Assembly: GCF_001447785.1 (NCBI RefSeq)
Contig: NW_015167630.1
Location: 82,560 to 146,559 of the forward strand
DNA length: 64,000 bases
Origin: Gekko japonicus
Taxonomy: Eukaryota
Direction: 5' to 3'
The translations under genes were made by a program, and so were the position numbers. This document shows, piece by piece, positions 36,901 to 48,245 of the stretch. The notes beneath the pieces are model-generated. The model made no database searches. It saw only the letters and a list, made by a program, of their open reading frames with translations, and was not told the origin of the DNA. Each line of letters begins with the position of its first letter. Position 1 is the stretch's first letter.

Positions 36901-37453
36901 CGCCGGTATGTGTGTTCTTTTTCCTTATGGTGGAATCTTGTCTCGGCGGGCTCTGCAGCGGCTCCTTCTGGGGAAGCTCCCATAGTCTGCGACTGTGCGA
37001 CAAGTTCCTGCGCTGGTCTCTGTCCAGTTGGCTCCGGCCATGCAGCGTCGCCGCGTTGTCGCGTCTCAGGGCCAATCCCTGCCTGGAACGATTGCTGCTT
37101 GGTGTTAAATCGCCGCCATGTTCTTTCATTGGATCGCTCCGCCGCTGTCGTTGCTGGCGGTAACTCCACTCCTCCTCGCCGCCACAACGCCAGAAGGCCC
37201 AGTTGGCCCCACTCGCTCATCAGTTAGATGTTGAGCCACTTTGGCCGTTGATTGTCTTCTGTTTTATCTTATATAGGCCTCTCTTCATCTTTCTCTTACC
37301 TGGTCTTGGAGCTATAACAAGTTAAACTTTTTTAAGTTAATCCATTCACAATAAATTAACTGTACCTACATGAATATGTCACATATTATGTGCTTTTATT
37401 TTTGTACATAAAATTTCTTTCTCATGTTACTAGTGGAGTCAGATAATCTTTTG

Positions 37454-37750
37454 AGTTTGGTGTCGTGGTTAAGTGCGCGGACTCTAATCTGGGAGAACCG
37501 GGTTTGATTCCCCACTCCTCCACTTGCACCTGCTGGATGACCTTGGGCAAGCCATAGTTCTGGCAAGCTGTTCTTGAAAAAGAGCAGTTTCTGTTGGAAC
37601 TCTCTCAGCCCCACCTACCTCACAGGGTGTCTGTTGTGGGGAGGGTAAGCTGCTCTGAGACTCCTTTGGGTAGTGAAGGGCGGGGTATAAATCTAATCTC
37701 CTTCTCCTCCTCCTCCTCCTCCTCCTCCTCTTCTTCTTCTTCTTCTTCAT
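37454..37750 (+). mobile_element. Squam3-like tRNA-derived SINE, full length
   Basis: Head gtttggtgtcgtggttaag...ggtttgattccc, L2-like 3' end, (CTC)n(CTT)n tail. Confidence 0.85.
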
Positions 37751-38041
37751 CAGGTTTAACAGCATTTTTCTCTTAACCAGGAAATATGGAGAATCAGAGA
37801 TACTGAGTAAAGCTCCCGTGCTTCCAAGTCAAATGATTTTTTTTACAGTTAACCCAAGAAAAATAACAGTTTGTTCTTATGTATTTACAGTCAATCTTTC
37901 TGGCGGAGACACAAGGAAAACTGAAAAATTTAGAACAGTGTAATAGGAACAGTATGATGTATCACAAAATGTAATAAGATTCGATCGCAAAGTCAGAAAA
38001 CAATGCAATAAATACAGTATAAGGCGTATGACATATAAGAT

Positions 38042-38730
38042 TGTTGGGTCGAGGGTAGCTCCCCGGCCCCTAACACTAAGTGGCCCAAGTACCATTAATG
38101 GACCTCCCCCAGAAAAGACCCAACGTTAGGAAGTTCGGGAAGGAGGCCTGAGACATACTCTTGAAAGCCACGATAAGTCCGTACCAAACACCTGAAACTT
38201 ACTATATCTCACCTTTATTGATTAATTGTTTGTAAATGTGATTACACTTTAATTTGTGGTGAATTATTTGTTTACCCAGGGCTTTTTGAGCCAAGGTCTG
38301 GCTGTGTAAAGCCAGGGAATCACAGGATTCCGCCCTGCTTTCTAGGTCAGCCAATCAGAGAAGATTCCATTGCCATGGAAACTCTGTTGGCAGTTACAGA
38401 GACGCTGTGTTTTGTTCCCTTGTCTGAGACTGGACTGGAGGGGCCCTGGGTGGTTCCGGCTTCCCATCTCTTGGGGGGGGGGGAGAGAAAGGCAGAAAAG
38501 AGTAGCAGCCTAGGTGGCGCAGCTAGATTAGGGAAGTGTTAGATAGGAGCATTAGGGTTACCTGATGCCCTGACTGTGCCCTTGTAACTGAGTGATCTGG
38601 GGACTGAAAAAGCTGATTGCAAATAACTGTACGAAACTTATTTTTGTGGCTCCTGGTATGAGCAGAATGGATGCAAATGTGGTGCAGGGATCGATTTCAT
38701 TTCAAATTACAGAGGCAGATCCAAACAGAC
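38042..38730 (-). mobile_element. Possible LTR-like element
   Basis: TGTTGGG terminus at 38042 and minus-strand AATAAA near 38215; other end and TSD not established. Confidence 0.35.
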
Positions 38731-38880
38731 ACGGGAAGCCTTCCACTTCCCCCTGAGGAAGTACGCCCCCCCACCAAAATATAGCTAATGCTTGTAATGA
38801 CTGTTGTGAAACTAATAACTAATAATAGCTATGCAGTATAAATTAACCTGCACCTTTTGTCCCTCTGTTAAATCACCCAG

Positions 38881-39054
38881 GGAAACTATCGCTTTATGAA
38901 ACTTCTACTCGCTCGTAGAGCAAACTGGATGAAGAAGGATTTGGAAGAAATCACACCTTTGCACTTAACTACCCGGCACAGGAGTCCAAAGTGTTTAGCT
39001 TTGTTTCTAAAATATATGGCCCCAGGAGAGATTGATACACAGGACAAAAATAAG
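38881..39054 (+). CDS. INVS: Inversin coding exon 3 (GNYRFMKLLLARRANW...DTQDKNK)
   Basis: cccag| acceptor, AAG|gtacag donor, 174 nt, phase 0/0; ankyrin TPLH motif. Confidence 0.98.
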
Positions 39055-39930
39055 GTACAGACATTTTTTTTTTGCTGTTTTTATTATCCTGGTCAATTTC
39101 CAGTTGTCAAAACAGATATTTTTTTTTCTTCTGTAGTTAAAAACATTTAAAAATATGAATTGCCTAGGTACTGCACTGCCTACTTCTTCTTGTACAAGCT
39201 CCATATTGTGATTTTAGACTGAATAGCATGAGCTAAAGAGGGTTTTTCATTCTCCCTGCAATAACTGTGCAATGCCTTTACAGCGGAGGTTTGCCAAGTC
39301 TTGGCTTCGCCATTTCCTCCCTGGGATCAGTGTGAGCAACTTCTGTGTGTTGGTATCAACCAACCTATCTGAAGAAGATGTAAAGGCTGTTGATTTAGGA
39401 TTGGCCTTTTGGTACAGCATCTCTTTCCCAAAAAAATCTTTCCCTGGCAAGCATGCCATGCATAGTACTTCAGCAACCACTTTCTTAGGTGACTGCAATG
39501 AATTCTGATTGGATTTTGTGCACAGCATACTAGGAATTGTAGGTTGGAACTTGCCGATCTGTTCCACTAGCAGAGGATCTGTCCTCCAGCCCAAGGAGTT
39601 TCCCCTCTTCCGAATATTATGTGGCTGGCGAAGACTTTTTCCACTTCTGCTAGTGACATGGATCCACAGGATTCAACCCCAAGGTCACATCCAGAGATTG
39701 AACAGAAACAAGTCAGGAATCATAGTCTTTTCCTCACTTTGCACTATCCTCAGCTTTTGAAATTTACAGAAGTTTAGTGTAATGTGGTACATGTTTTATG
39801 ATCTAGTTTAAAAGGCGCTAAGAAATACGTTGCAGTGTCTAAGATACTTTAAAAATCACAAACAGCCCGTGAGGCTTGTTTCATTTGAATACATTTTTTT
39901 TACGAATCTGTATATCTTCCTTTCCCCCAG

Positions 39931-40098
39931 CAAACTGCTCTTCACTGGAGTGCTTATTACAATAATCCAGAACACGTGAAACTTTTAATCAAACACGATT
40001 CTAATATTGGGATCCCAGATGTTGAAGGCAAAATCCCCCTTCACTGGGCAGCTAACCACAAGGACCCAAGTGCTGTTCACACCGTCAGGTGCATTTTG
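39931..40098 (+). CDS. INVS: Inversin coding exon 4 (QTALHWSAYYNNPEHVKLL...HTVRCIL)
   Basis: Polypyrimidine tract plus cag| acceptor, TTG|gtgagg donor, 168 nt. Read manually; absent from the ORF track. Confidence 0.98.
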
Positions 40099-40647
40099 GT
40101 GAGGCTTTGTGTTAAAATAATTATTGTTTAACTTTTTCCTTTAGTGCCAATAGTGTCCTCCATACCGTTAGGATCAGGTTGTGCTCCAGCAGTATCTTGA
40201 GTTTGAACTGAACCAACCAGGACATCTAAGTCAAAGCAGATGAGAGTGATTTCATCAGCAAAATGCTTCACAAAAAAAGTGATAGCTTACATGTACATTT
40301 TACGGGTCTACATCCACTGGGGCCTGATAACAACAACAAAAATCCCTCACAAACTAGTAAAGCTATGCTGGAAAGCAATTATGTAAATGCAGTGTTGTCA
40401 CAGAAGTGAGCTTGCTTTGCTGCCATTACCTCCATCACTGCCACAGCTGGCAAGATAATGCCTTCTCACCCATGCTGGGTCACATTCACATTGAATTTTC
40501 TTCCACTTGCACTTCTGTTTCATTGTCCCAAGCTCCTAGGTAAATGCAGAGGCATTACAGTCTCAGTGGCAGGGGCGAGGGTGCTCCAGAGCAATGGTAT
40601 TCACCACCTGAATTGACCACTAGGCTTCAATGTGAGGGGGGTCTAAC

Positions 40648-40949
40648 CAGGCCCGTAGCTACAGTGGGGCATTTTGGGGCCTGGCCCCCTAAATTCGATC
40701 CAGCCCCCAGGCCCTCCGGCTCCCTGGGCTGCCCGGAGGATTCCCAGCGCTCTGGGCTGCCTGAAGGACTCCCCACCGCCGCCCATTCCCCAAGCGTGGC
40801 TTGCTTCCCTGTGTCGGCAAGCAGAGTACGAATGCCACAAACGTGAGTTTTTAAAATTTTATTTTTATTTTATTTTTTATTTTGTGATGTCAGCACCCCC
40901 CAACTTATTTAAAGGCCCCCTGAATTACAAAATCCTGGCTACAGGCCTG
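40648..40949. mobile_element. hAT MITE
   Basis: TIRs caggcccgtagc / gctacaggcctg; perfect 8-bp TSD ggtctaac. Confidence 0.9.
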
Positions 40950-41339
40950 GGTCTAACCACCCAGCACACTTACTGTGCCTGCTCAGCTTTGTGTCTATGT
41001 GTGGAGGAAGCTGTTCGTCCAACTCTGAACGACAGCAGTACAGTGCAGGAGATGGGCATTCTACTTTGCCATGTTGTGTGGAGAGAGTTTGTGGGTGGTG
41101 GTAAATTGGGACTGGGGAATTCACCAAGCACACACACGCACACACACACAAACCATTCCAGGATCCTCAGTTCTCTTAATTAGGAATGGCTTTTCCCTCT
41201 GATTTTCATTTAGTCTTCTGCAAGGACACTCTTGCTTCAAGTGGATAAAGGTTTTAAAAGGCTGTAGGCTTGCAAGGTGTTGGGGCATATACTGCCAGGA
41301 TACTCCAGTATAAGCAATCGGGAACTTGAGCAGCCCTCA

Positions 41340-41558
41340 CACATGAACACATGAAGATAGGTGCTTTAGACTGAATCAACCCCTTGATCCGTCACGTTCA
41401 GTGTTGTCTACTCAGACTGGCAGCATCTCTTAGCAGGGTCCCAGGCAGAGGTCTTTCACATCACCTACTGCCTGGTCCTTTTAACTAGAGATGCCAGGGG
41501 TTGAATCTGGGACCTTCTGCATGCAAGGCAGATGCTCTACCACTAAGCCACAGCCCCT
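41340..41558 (-). mobile_element. tRNA-derived SINE (Squam2-like)
   Basis: Reverse complement of the 6554 copy. Confidence 0.8.
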
Positions 41559-42641
41559 CATTCCTCTCCTCCCTCCCCTTTTAATTTTAATGCAACCTCT
41601 CTCAATGTTCTGTGGCTAGTAGAAGGTGGTAAGCATGTTTAGTGTGCACCAGACTTTTTAGTAGCTTTTCCCCACTTTTCTTTATAAATTTGTCAAGTAA
41701 CATTTTCCAGCATGCTATTCTGTTTTATTTTGCTACACCAAACTGATCCAGTTACCCCTTTGCAGTCATCCTGTTGACTGCATGGGCTTGGCACTGCGTT
41801 ATCTGCCTTGGGTCTCAGTGAGAAAGGCAGACTATAAATAACATGAATAAATAAAACAGATTCAGGAGTGGCTGCTTTGTCCGTTGGTGGTCCCATTTCA
41901 ATGTCTACTGTTGCCTTAAGGAGGAACCCATGGGGACTCTGTTGGAGTGAGCAACTCAGCATGCCTGGACATTGGGGCGGGGCGCGCTACCTCACTCTAA
42001 GTGTGTATAGGTATTATCTCCTTGAATGAAATGCCTCTCTTTGTCTTAATCTGGGAGCTGCCCCCTGACCTCTTGTTTCTGTCTCGCTTTGTCCTCTCCG
42101 TCTCTGCACATGGCCTTCCACGGAGAGACATGTCTCTGCAGGTCTCTCCTGTAGATACTATGCCCTCACACTCACATACACGTGATGCTGGATTAGTTGG
42201 CCATTTGTGAATGGAAGCTAAGATCTTGATAAGTGTTCTTGCAATATCTCAGCCAACAAGGGCTCCTATGGGTTCCCTTTTTCAGTCTCTGCATATGCAG
42301 ACATCACATGACCCCTTTTGGTTTGGTTTTTAAACCATTTGCTAATTTTTGGTTTCCGGATTTCTCTGGCAGGTTCCTTTGGGTTTACAAAACTTCACCT
42401 GGATTGGGCCCCCCCCCCCCAATTTGTTGTTCTGTGTTGTGTGTCACCCATCATTATTAGATACATATGATGAATAGATGCAGCAGTACTGTAGCTGTTT
42501 AGCACTTAAAAGTTCTTATCCCTATTGTTGTCCTGCAATTGCATTGTTGAAACAATGCTTAACATCAATGTTTTTATATAGCCCCTGGAATTTTTAAAAA
42601 AGATCATTGTAACTTAATTGCCTGGGATTTTTGTATAATAG

Positions 42642-42822
42642 GATGCTGCTCCCACTGAGTCTCTGTTGAACTGGCAAGACTATGAAGGACGAACACCTCT
42701 CCATTTTGCAGTTGCTGATGGGAACGTGGCTGTCGTTGATTTGTTGACGTCTTATGAAGGCTGCAACGTGACTTCTTATGACAACTTATTTCGAACGCCA
42801 CTTCATTGGGCAGCTTTGCTGG
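42642..42822 (+). CDS. INVS: Inversin coding exon 5 (DAAPTESLLNWQDYEGRTPLHFAVADG...HWAALL)
   Basis: aatag| acceptor, G|gtacat donor, 181 nt, in frame. Confidence 0.98.
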
Positions 42823-42910
42823 GTACATTCTAAATGGCAAACTTTTTAATTCTATTTAGACATGGGTATTCTATTTAGACACTTGTGGAACATTGGTTTT
42901 CTAAATTGGG

Positions 42911-43016
42911 AGCTTACTTTCTTCAAAAAGAATGTACAAATTTGACTAGGAAAAATGTCTTTAAGCTTACTTTCTTCAAAAAGAATGTACAAATTTGACT
43001 AGGAAAAATGTCTTTA
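42911..43016. repeat. 53-bp perfect tandem duplication
   Basis: agcttactttcttcaaaaag...aaaaatgtcttta x2. Confidence 0.95.
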
Positions 43017-43203
43017 AGGACAAATGAGTGTCAAAAGGACTCTAAGACAGCAGAGCTAGAAGCAAGGCGGCGAGACATGAGAACTAGGAAAGAACATTTA
43101 GAGAGAGAGAGACCGAAGATAATATGAGTGAGAAGGAATGCAGAAGAGTAGGCAAGGAGGGCAGTCTGGTTGTTTTATCATTTTGGTGTAATAGTAATGT
43201 TAA

Positions 43204-43417
43204 GCCCTGACCTGGATAGTCCAGGCTAGCCGCTAGCCTGATCTCATCAGATCTTGGAAGCTAAGCAGGGCTTGCCAGTATTTGGATGGGAGCCCACCAA
43301 GGAATACCAGGGTCGTGGCGCAGAGGCAGGCAAAGGCAAACAGACTCTGAATGTATTTTGCCTTGAAAACCCCCACCGGGTTGCCATAAGTCAGCTGTGA
43401 CTTGGTGGCAAAAAAAG
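43204..43417 (+). mobile_element. 5S rRNA-derived SINE
   Basis: gcctgatctcatcagatcttggaagctaagcaggg 5S-like head, shared tail and A-rich end. Confidence 0.8.
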
Positions 43418-43581
43418 GTAGTGTTAAAAGTTCATTAGCCTGTTTTGTCACACTGTTTTTGATGTTATATGTAAATACTGAAATTATAAAATTATCAGCC
43501 ACACCGTCTATTTAAAATCTCTGTATAAAGCCTGAATCTTGACACAGGCAATCCTTCTTTCCTTTGGATATTCTCCTCTTT

Positions 43582-43646
<65 letters not shown>

Positions 43647-43647
43647 T
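43582..43647. repeat. (ATC)n microsatellite
   Basis: About 21 perfect ATC units. Confidence 0.98.
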
Positions 43648-44075
43648 ATTATGGTCCTCACTGTACCCAGTGCTTTACTGAGTGCTTTAAGCAAAATAAA
43701 AATAAAAATGCAGGTTCCTGCACTGAGGAGCGTACACTCTAAACCTCCAAAGCAAGGAAGAAGCAAAGGGAGGAATGGCAAGAGGCAAAGAAGAAAATGA
43801 GGATGAGTGTGAGCAAATGTGGTTTCAAATGGAGACTGGGGCCACTGGGGTAGAGCAGTATGCTTCATGGAGAAACCCAGCTTTGAGGAGGGTTTTGAAG
43901 GACAACCGCAGTCTGCTGCATCACTAAACGCTGTTCTGCAGTCAGGGTCAGCAGGAGTTTTTAAAAATCACGACTCAGCCATTTGTACAGGTCTTCAACA
44001 AGCACAAGTGGCTTGAGTTTAGAAGCCAACGAAAACAATAACCTGAATTCGGTTGACCTGTTTGCTAGACCAGAA

Positions 44076-45200
44076 TGTGAATCCACATTATGAGAAACAG
44101 GAAACCCAGAGGAAGCCCCTGAAGGCCTTTTGGTCCCCCTTATCTGGCAGTTGCTGTGGTTCTGAACTGCCTCCCAGGACCAGGAGGTCCCAACCATTCT
44201 GTTAGCCAAACTGCCTGGTTTGTTAATAAAGATGGGGGGTTTGAATGTATTAAATGACAATTGGCAAACAGGGAGCAATAACCTTTGTATACAGGAGTCC
44301 CACTTATTCCAGTGGTCCCAGAGATAGACACAGAGACCAGATCTTAGTGAAATGGTTTCTTTACGAAAGGATTTGCACACATACAAATAAACACAATCAC
44401 ACACTCAGCGATACAGAGCTAGGAAAATTAGACTGAAAAGGTACAGAGACATTCGCATTAGCAGGAAGGAGTTTGTTGGTTGGGCAATACTGACCTTCCC
44501 GACGTGATGAAGCGATCCTTACAGCGGAAAAATAGGGGAGACTATAGGGGAAAATGGTGTCTTATTCTGAACGGGCAGAACAAGCGGAGAGACTCTGGGT
44601 AGCACTACACCGAGATTCGGCAAGGTAGGATGGGGTTAGGTATAGAGGAAGAGAGAGAGCATGGCGAATCCTGCTCTTTTTATACATTATTTGGACTTGG
44701 GGGTGGGCTTCACTGGCCACTTCCCTTGTCACATCCCCAGGAAGTTAATTAGGCAAAAACTAGTTGCAGGAGGATGGTGAGGCTTAATGGTTGGGCAATA
44801 TTGATTCCATTACTACTAACAGTGGCATCTTTAGAAGACAATAGCAGAAGCAGCCAGGGTCATTAGTTTTGATGGCTCGATGATCGCTTTGGCTGATGGG
44901 CTTGGCAGGTCGTGTCAGTCAGCTAATCCCTTTATGCAAGCAGTTCTTTTGTTATACTGGGCAGCATACGTGCAGTATCTGGTGAAAGTTGGGGGGAGAG
45001 GTGCCTGCATGTTGTCCGAGGTTTCTGTTCATGGAGTCTCTGTGGCGATGTTCATGTTTCCTTGCATTACATGGAATTCCTCTACAGCATGCTTTTACTG
45101 GCTTCTGTGTGCTGTTCGCGGCTGGGGTGCTTGGCTCATCTCTGCTGCGTGGCAGGTGAGAGGTGGCAGGTAACCCATGGACCCATCCTTGGTCCATACA
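44076..45200 (-). mobile_element. Possible solo LTR (~1.1 kb)
   Basis: TG...CA ends with near-TSD cagaa / aagaa; minus-strand TATAAAA near 44680. Confidence 0.4.
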
Positions 45201-45525
45201 AAGAATGCTTGTGATGTGTGCAAACTGCAGTTGACCTCATAGACCAAAAACAAAAGGCTGGCTTCAGCATCTGCACCAGCTGCTACATTGATGCAGCAAC
45301 TGAGGCTGGTCCCAAGATGACCTTTTTTTTTGCTTTCCCATCATTTTAATTTCACTGACTGTACAGAGCTAAATCAAATTTCTTCTTCTTAAAACTTTCA
45401 TGGCTGGAAAATCTTTCAGCGTGTGTTTGTTATCTTCTCTGATAAGATGGGAGAAGAAACCCAGAGTACACAATTTGGCATAACAAACATGTGTCCTAGT
45501 TTCTGCCGTTTTGCTCTCTCCTTAG

Positions 45526-45635
45526 GTCACGCACAGATTGTTCACCTTCTTTTAGAGCGGAACAAGTCGGGAAGCATCCCATCTGACAGCCAAGGGGCAA
45601 CCCCTTTACATTATGCAGCGCAGAGCAACTTTGCA
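45526..45635 (+). CDS. INVS: Inversin coding exon 6 (HAQIVHLLLERNKSG...YAAQSNFA)
   Basis: ccttag| acceptor, GCA|gtaagt donor, 110 nt. Confidence 0.98.
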
Positions 45636-45914
45636 GTAAGTAGAGCAAACAAATATACTGATTGGAATAAGCCAGAGTCATGTGGTGTCTCTCCTTGGAT
45701 TCATTGGCCTGGTTGTTGGCCATGGTACTAACAACTGCTGTCCCTCGTATCAACTGTTGTAGGCTAGAGGCAGAGAATAGTGGGGGGGAGGGTGGTGTGG
45801 TGGTGTTAAGATGTTGGAAGAGGTTACTTTCCTCACTTCTTTTGTTCTGCTGTCACTGCTCAAAATATGGTTTGCAGATTTTTGAAACAATACAAAAACC
45901 TTTTTATGTACGTG

Positions 45915-46290
45915 CATGCTGTCAAATCGCAACTGACTTATGGTGACCCCAGCAAGGGGCTTTGAAGGCACATGAGAATTAAAGGTGGCGTTCCCCTGCA
46001 GTGTCTTCCTTGGTGGTCTCCTGTTCAAGTATTGACCCTTCTTAACTTCCAAGATCTGACAAGATTGGCCTACGCCATGCCACCTCCCCTCCCTCTACAG
46101 AGGCTTTTTTTTTTTTGCTAAATTATGGCACCCCATGGGATTTTCAAGGCAAGAGATGAACACAGGTGGCTTGCATAACAGCTCCACGCTTCCTTGGTGG
46201 TCTCCCATCCAAGTACCAGCCAAAGCTGACCTCGCTTAGCTTCTGTGATCTGATGAGGTAGGGCTAGCCTGGACCAACCAGGGCGGGAAA
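45915..46290 (-). mobile_element. Two adjacent 5S-derived SINE copies
   Basis: Both carry the reverse complement of the 5S-like head and the shared tail. Confidence 0.7.
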
Positions 46291-46527
46291 GGGACAATGG
46301 ATATTCAGTTCTCCAGGTCCAAGAAGCCAGGGAGTCCTCTTTCCTGATTCTATTCTTATGTAATGACACGGGAACAGCAGGCGAGCTGCCTGTCATCTTG
46401 GGACTTCAGGGGGGGCGGAGCCTGGCGTTCTTGCATGGCGGCAGCATAGAGACTTCTCTCCTCCAGCCTTCCCATTCCTCGCCTAAAAACGACCTCTTCG
46501 ACTAACGAAACCACTTCCAAAAAGAAC

Positions 46528-47502
46528 ATGGGGAAAACCGGAATAACATGGTCCAACAAAAAATATATGAACTCTCAACAATTAACCAGATATCTGGTTA
46601 AAGAAACCGAAAAATCTCCGAGCCAGCGGGCCGCAGAACGCCAAGAGAAAATGGCGGAGACTTTATCAGATGACGACGACGGAGCTATGCTATCCCGGCG
46701 CGAATTCCATAAAACTATACACCACTTGGAAAGCACGATAGTGGAACAAATTCAACTTGCTTTAAAACCATTTTCAAAAGAACTCAAACAAATCACACAA
46801 ACGCTTGCCGAGGTGTCCCAAGCAGCGGAGACTGCCCTGGAGACCGCCATCGAATCACAAGAAGACATACGCAACCTCCAAAAAGCCGAAATGTGGGCCA
46901 AAACAAAGATCATGCTCCTAGAAAACAGACAGCGAGAAAGTAATTTAAAACTCCGAAATCTGCCCGAAAAAGCGGAAGGTGAGCAAGATTTAAGAATATT
47001 TATTGCGACGTGGCTTGCACAAGAGTTAAAACTTGAGGACGGAATAGCCCCCCTCATAGACAAGGTTTACCGCTTAGGCCCCATAACGAAAAAAACAGAA
47101 AAATTTCCCAGAGATGTTCTCGCCACATTTCCCGATAGTCGAACCAGGGACGCCATTTTACGAAAATCAAGGGAAGAAAAAGGGCTAACTTACCACAATA
47201 CCAAAGTGTTAGTCCTTCTTGACTTGTCACAAGAAACTCTCCAGCATAGGAAGAATATCAGCTTCATTACAGAAAAATTAACGGCTAATAACATCCGCTA
47301 CCGTTGGATCTCCCCTACGGAGCTACAAGTTCTCCACGATGGCCAAAGATACCATGCAGACGACCTAGACAGCGGGTACCAACTGCTAACAACACTCGGC
47401 ATCCCATACGAGCCTCTACCTGCTCCACCACCCGACGATCAACCACCACTTAAGCCTTCAGAAGAGTCATCCTCCTTACGCTGGCAGTCAGTCCACCGCT
47501 GA
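46528..47502 (+). CDS. L1 ORF1p (coiled coil, RRM, CTD), uninterrupted 324 aa
   Basis: LENRQRESNLKLRNLPE, DKVYRLGP, PRDVL and LDLSQETLQHRK motifs typical of L1 ORF1p. Confidence 0.92.
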   Translation: MGKTGITWSNKKYMNSQQLTRYLVKETEKSPSQRAAERQEKMAETLSDDDDGAMLSRREFHKTIHHLESTIVEQIQLALKPFSKELKQITQTLAEVSQAAETALETAIESQEDIRNLQKAEMWAKTKIMLLENRQRESNLKLRNLPEKAEGEQDLRIFIATWLAQELKLEDGIAPLIDKVYRLGPITKKTEKFPRDVLATFPDSRTRDAILRKSREEKGLTYHNTKVLVLLDLSQETLQHRKNISFITEKLTANNIRYRWISPTELQVLHDGQRYHADDLDSGYQLLTTLGIPYEPLPAPPPDDQPPLKPSEESSSLRWQSVHR

Positions 47503-47959
47503 CCTTTTGAAAACCCGACCAGTCAAGACTTGAAATGTTGAAACACCGCTCACGGTTTCCTTCATTACCACCTCTAACTGCGGACGGCAAGACTGTGGTC
47601 TTTAGATAAGTGCCACAGATTTATTTCTGCTTTATTTTAGATAGATGATCTTTTTTTTACCTTGGATATTGAAATAGTTAACCTTCCTGAATTGAGAAGG
47701 CTAGCTTAAATTGTATTGAAATCTTCACCAGTCCATCGTTGCTTCCAAGACAAAACGGCCAGTCACGGCTTGAAGGTTTGACTTACTTTTCAAGATCTAG
47801 ACGCTCTAATGCCCTTTATAATTATCGTCTTGGCCGCCGCCGCAGAACAAGTGCCTCAGATTTGTTTCATGACACAACCTGTATTTATATTCTTTATTTG
47901 AACAATGGGTGCAGTTAACCTCTTTAAGGTGAAAATCTTAAAATCTAATTTTAATTTTA

Positions 47960-48245
47960 ATTAATTTTTTCCTTTCATTATATTTTAAGTGTTAAGGTGA
48001 AGTCAACCTATATTTCTTTTCTTTTTTATAGTAAAATTTCCTTATATTTGAATAAGCTGGTGCAGATAACCTCATTAAGTTGGCAAAGTTTAAATCTTTA
48101 TTAATTAATTTTTTTCCTTTCATGATATTTTAAGTGTTAAGGTGAAGTCAACCTATATTTCTTTTCTTTTTTATAGTAAAATTTCCTTATATTTGAATAG
48201 CTGGTGCAGATAACCTCATTAAGTTGGCAAAGTTTAAATCTTTAT
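47960..48245. repeat. ~145-bp tandem duplication in the L1 inter-ORF region
   Basis: ttttaagtgttaaggtgaagtcaacc...ggtgcagataacctcattaagttggcaaagtttaaatctttatta x2. Confidence 0.92.

Noticed and set aside
43225-43320. 5S rRNA gene
   Set aside because: Diverged, partial and fused to a SINE tail.
43512-43868. Poly-Met, poly-His and poly-Ile ORFs
   Set aside because: Translations of the (ATC)n microsatellite.
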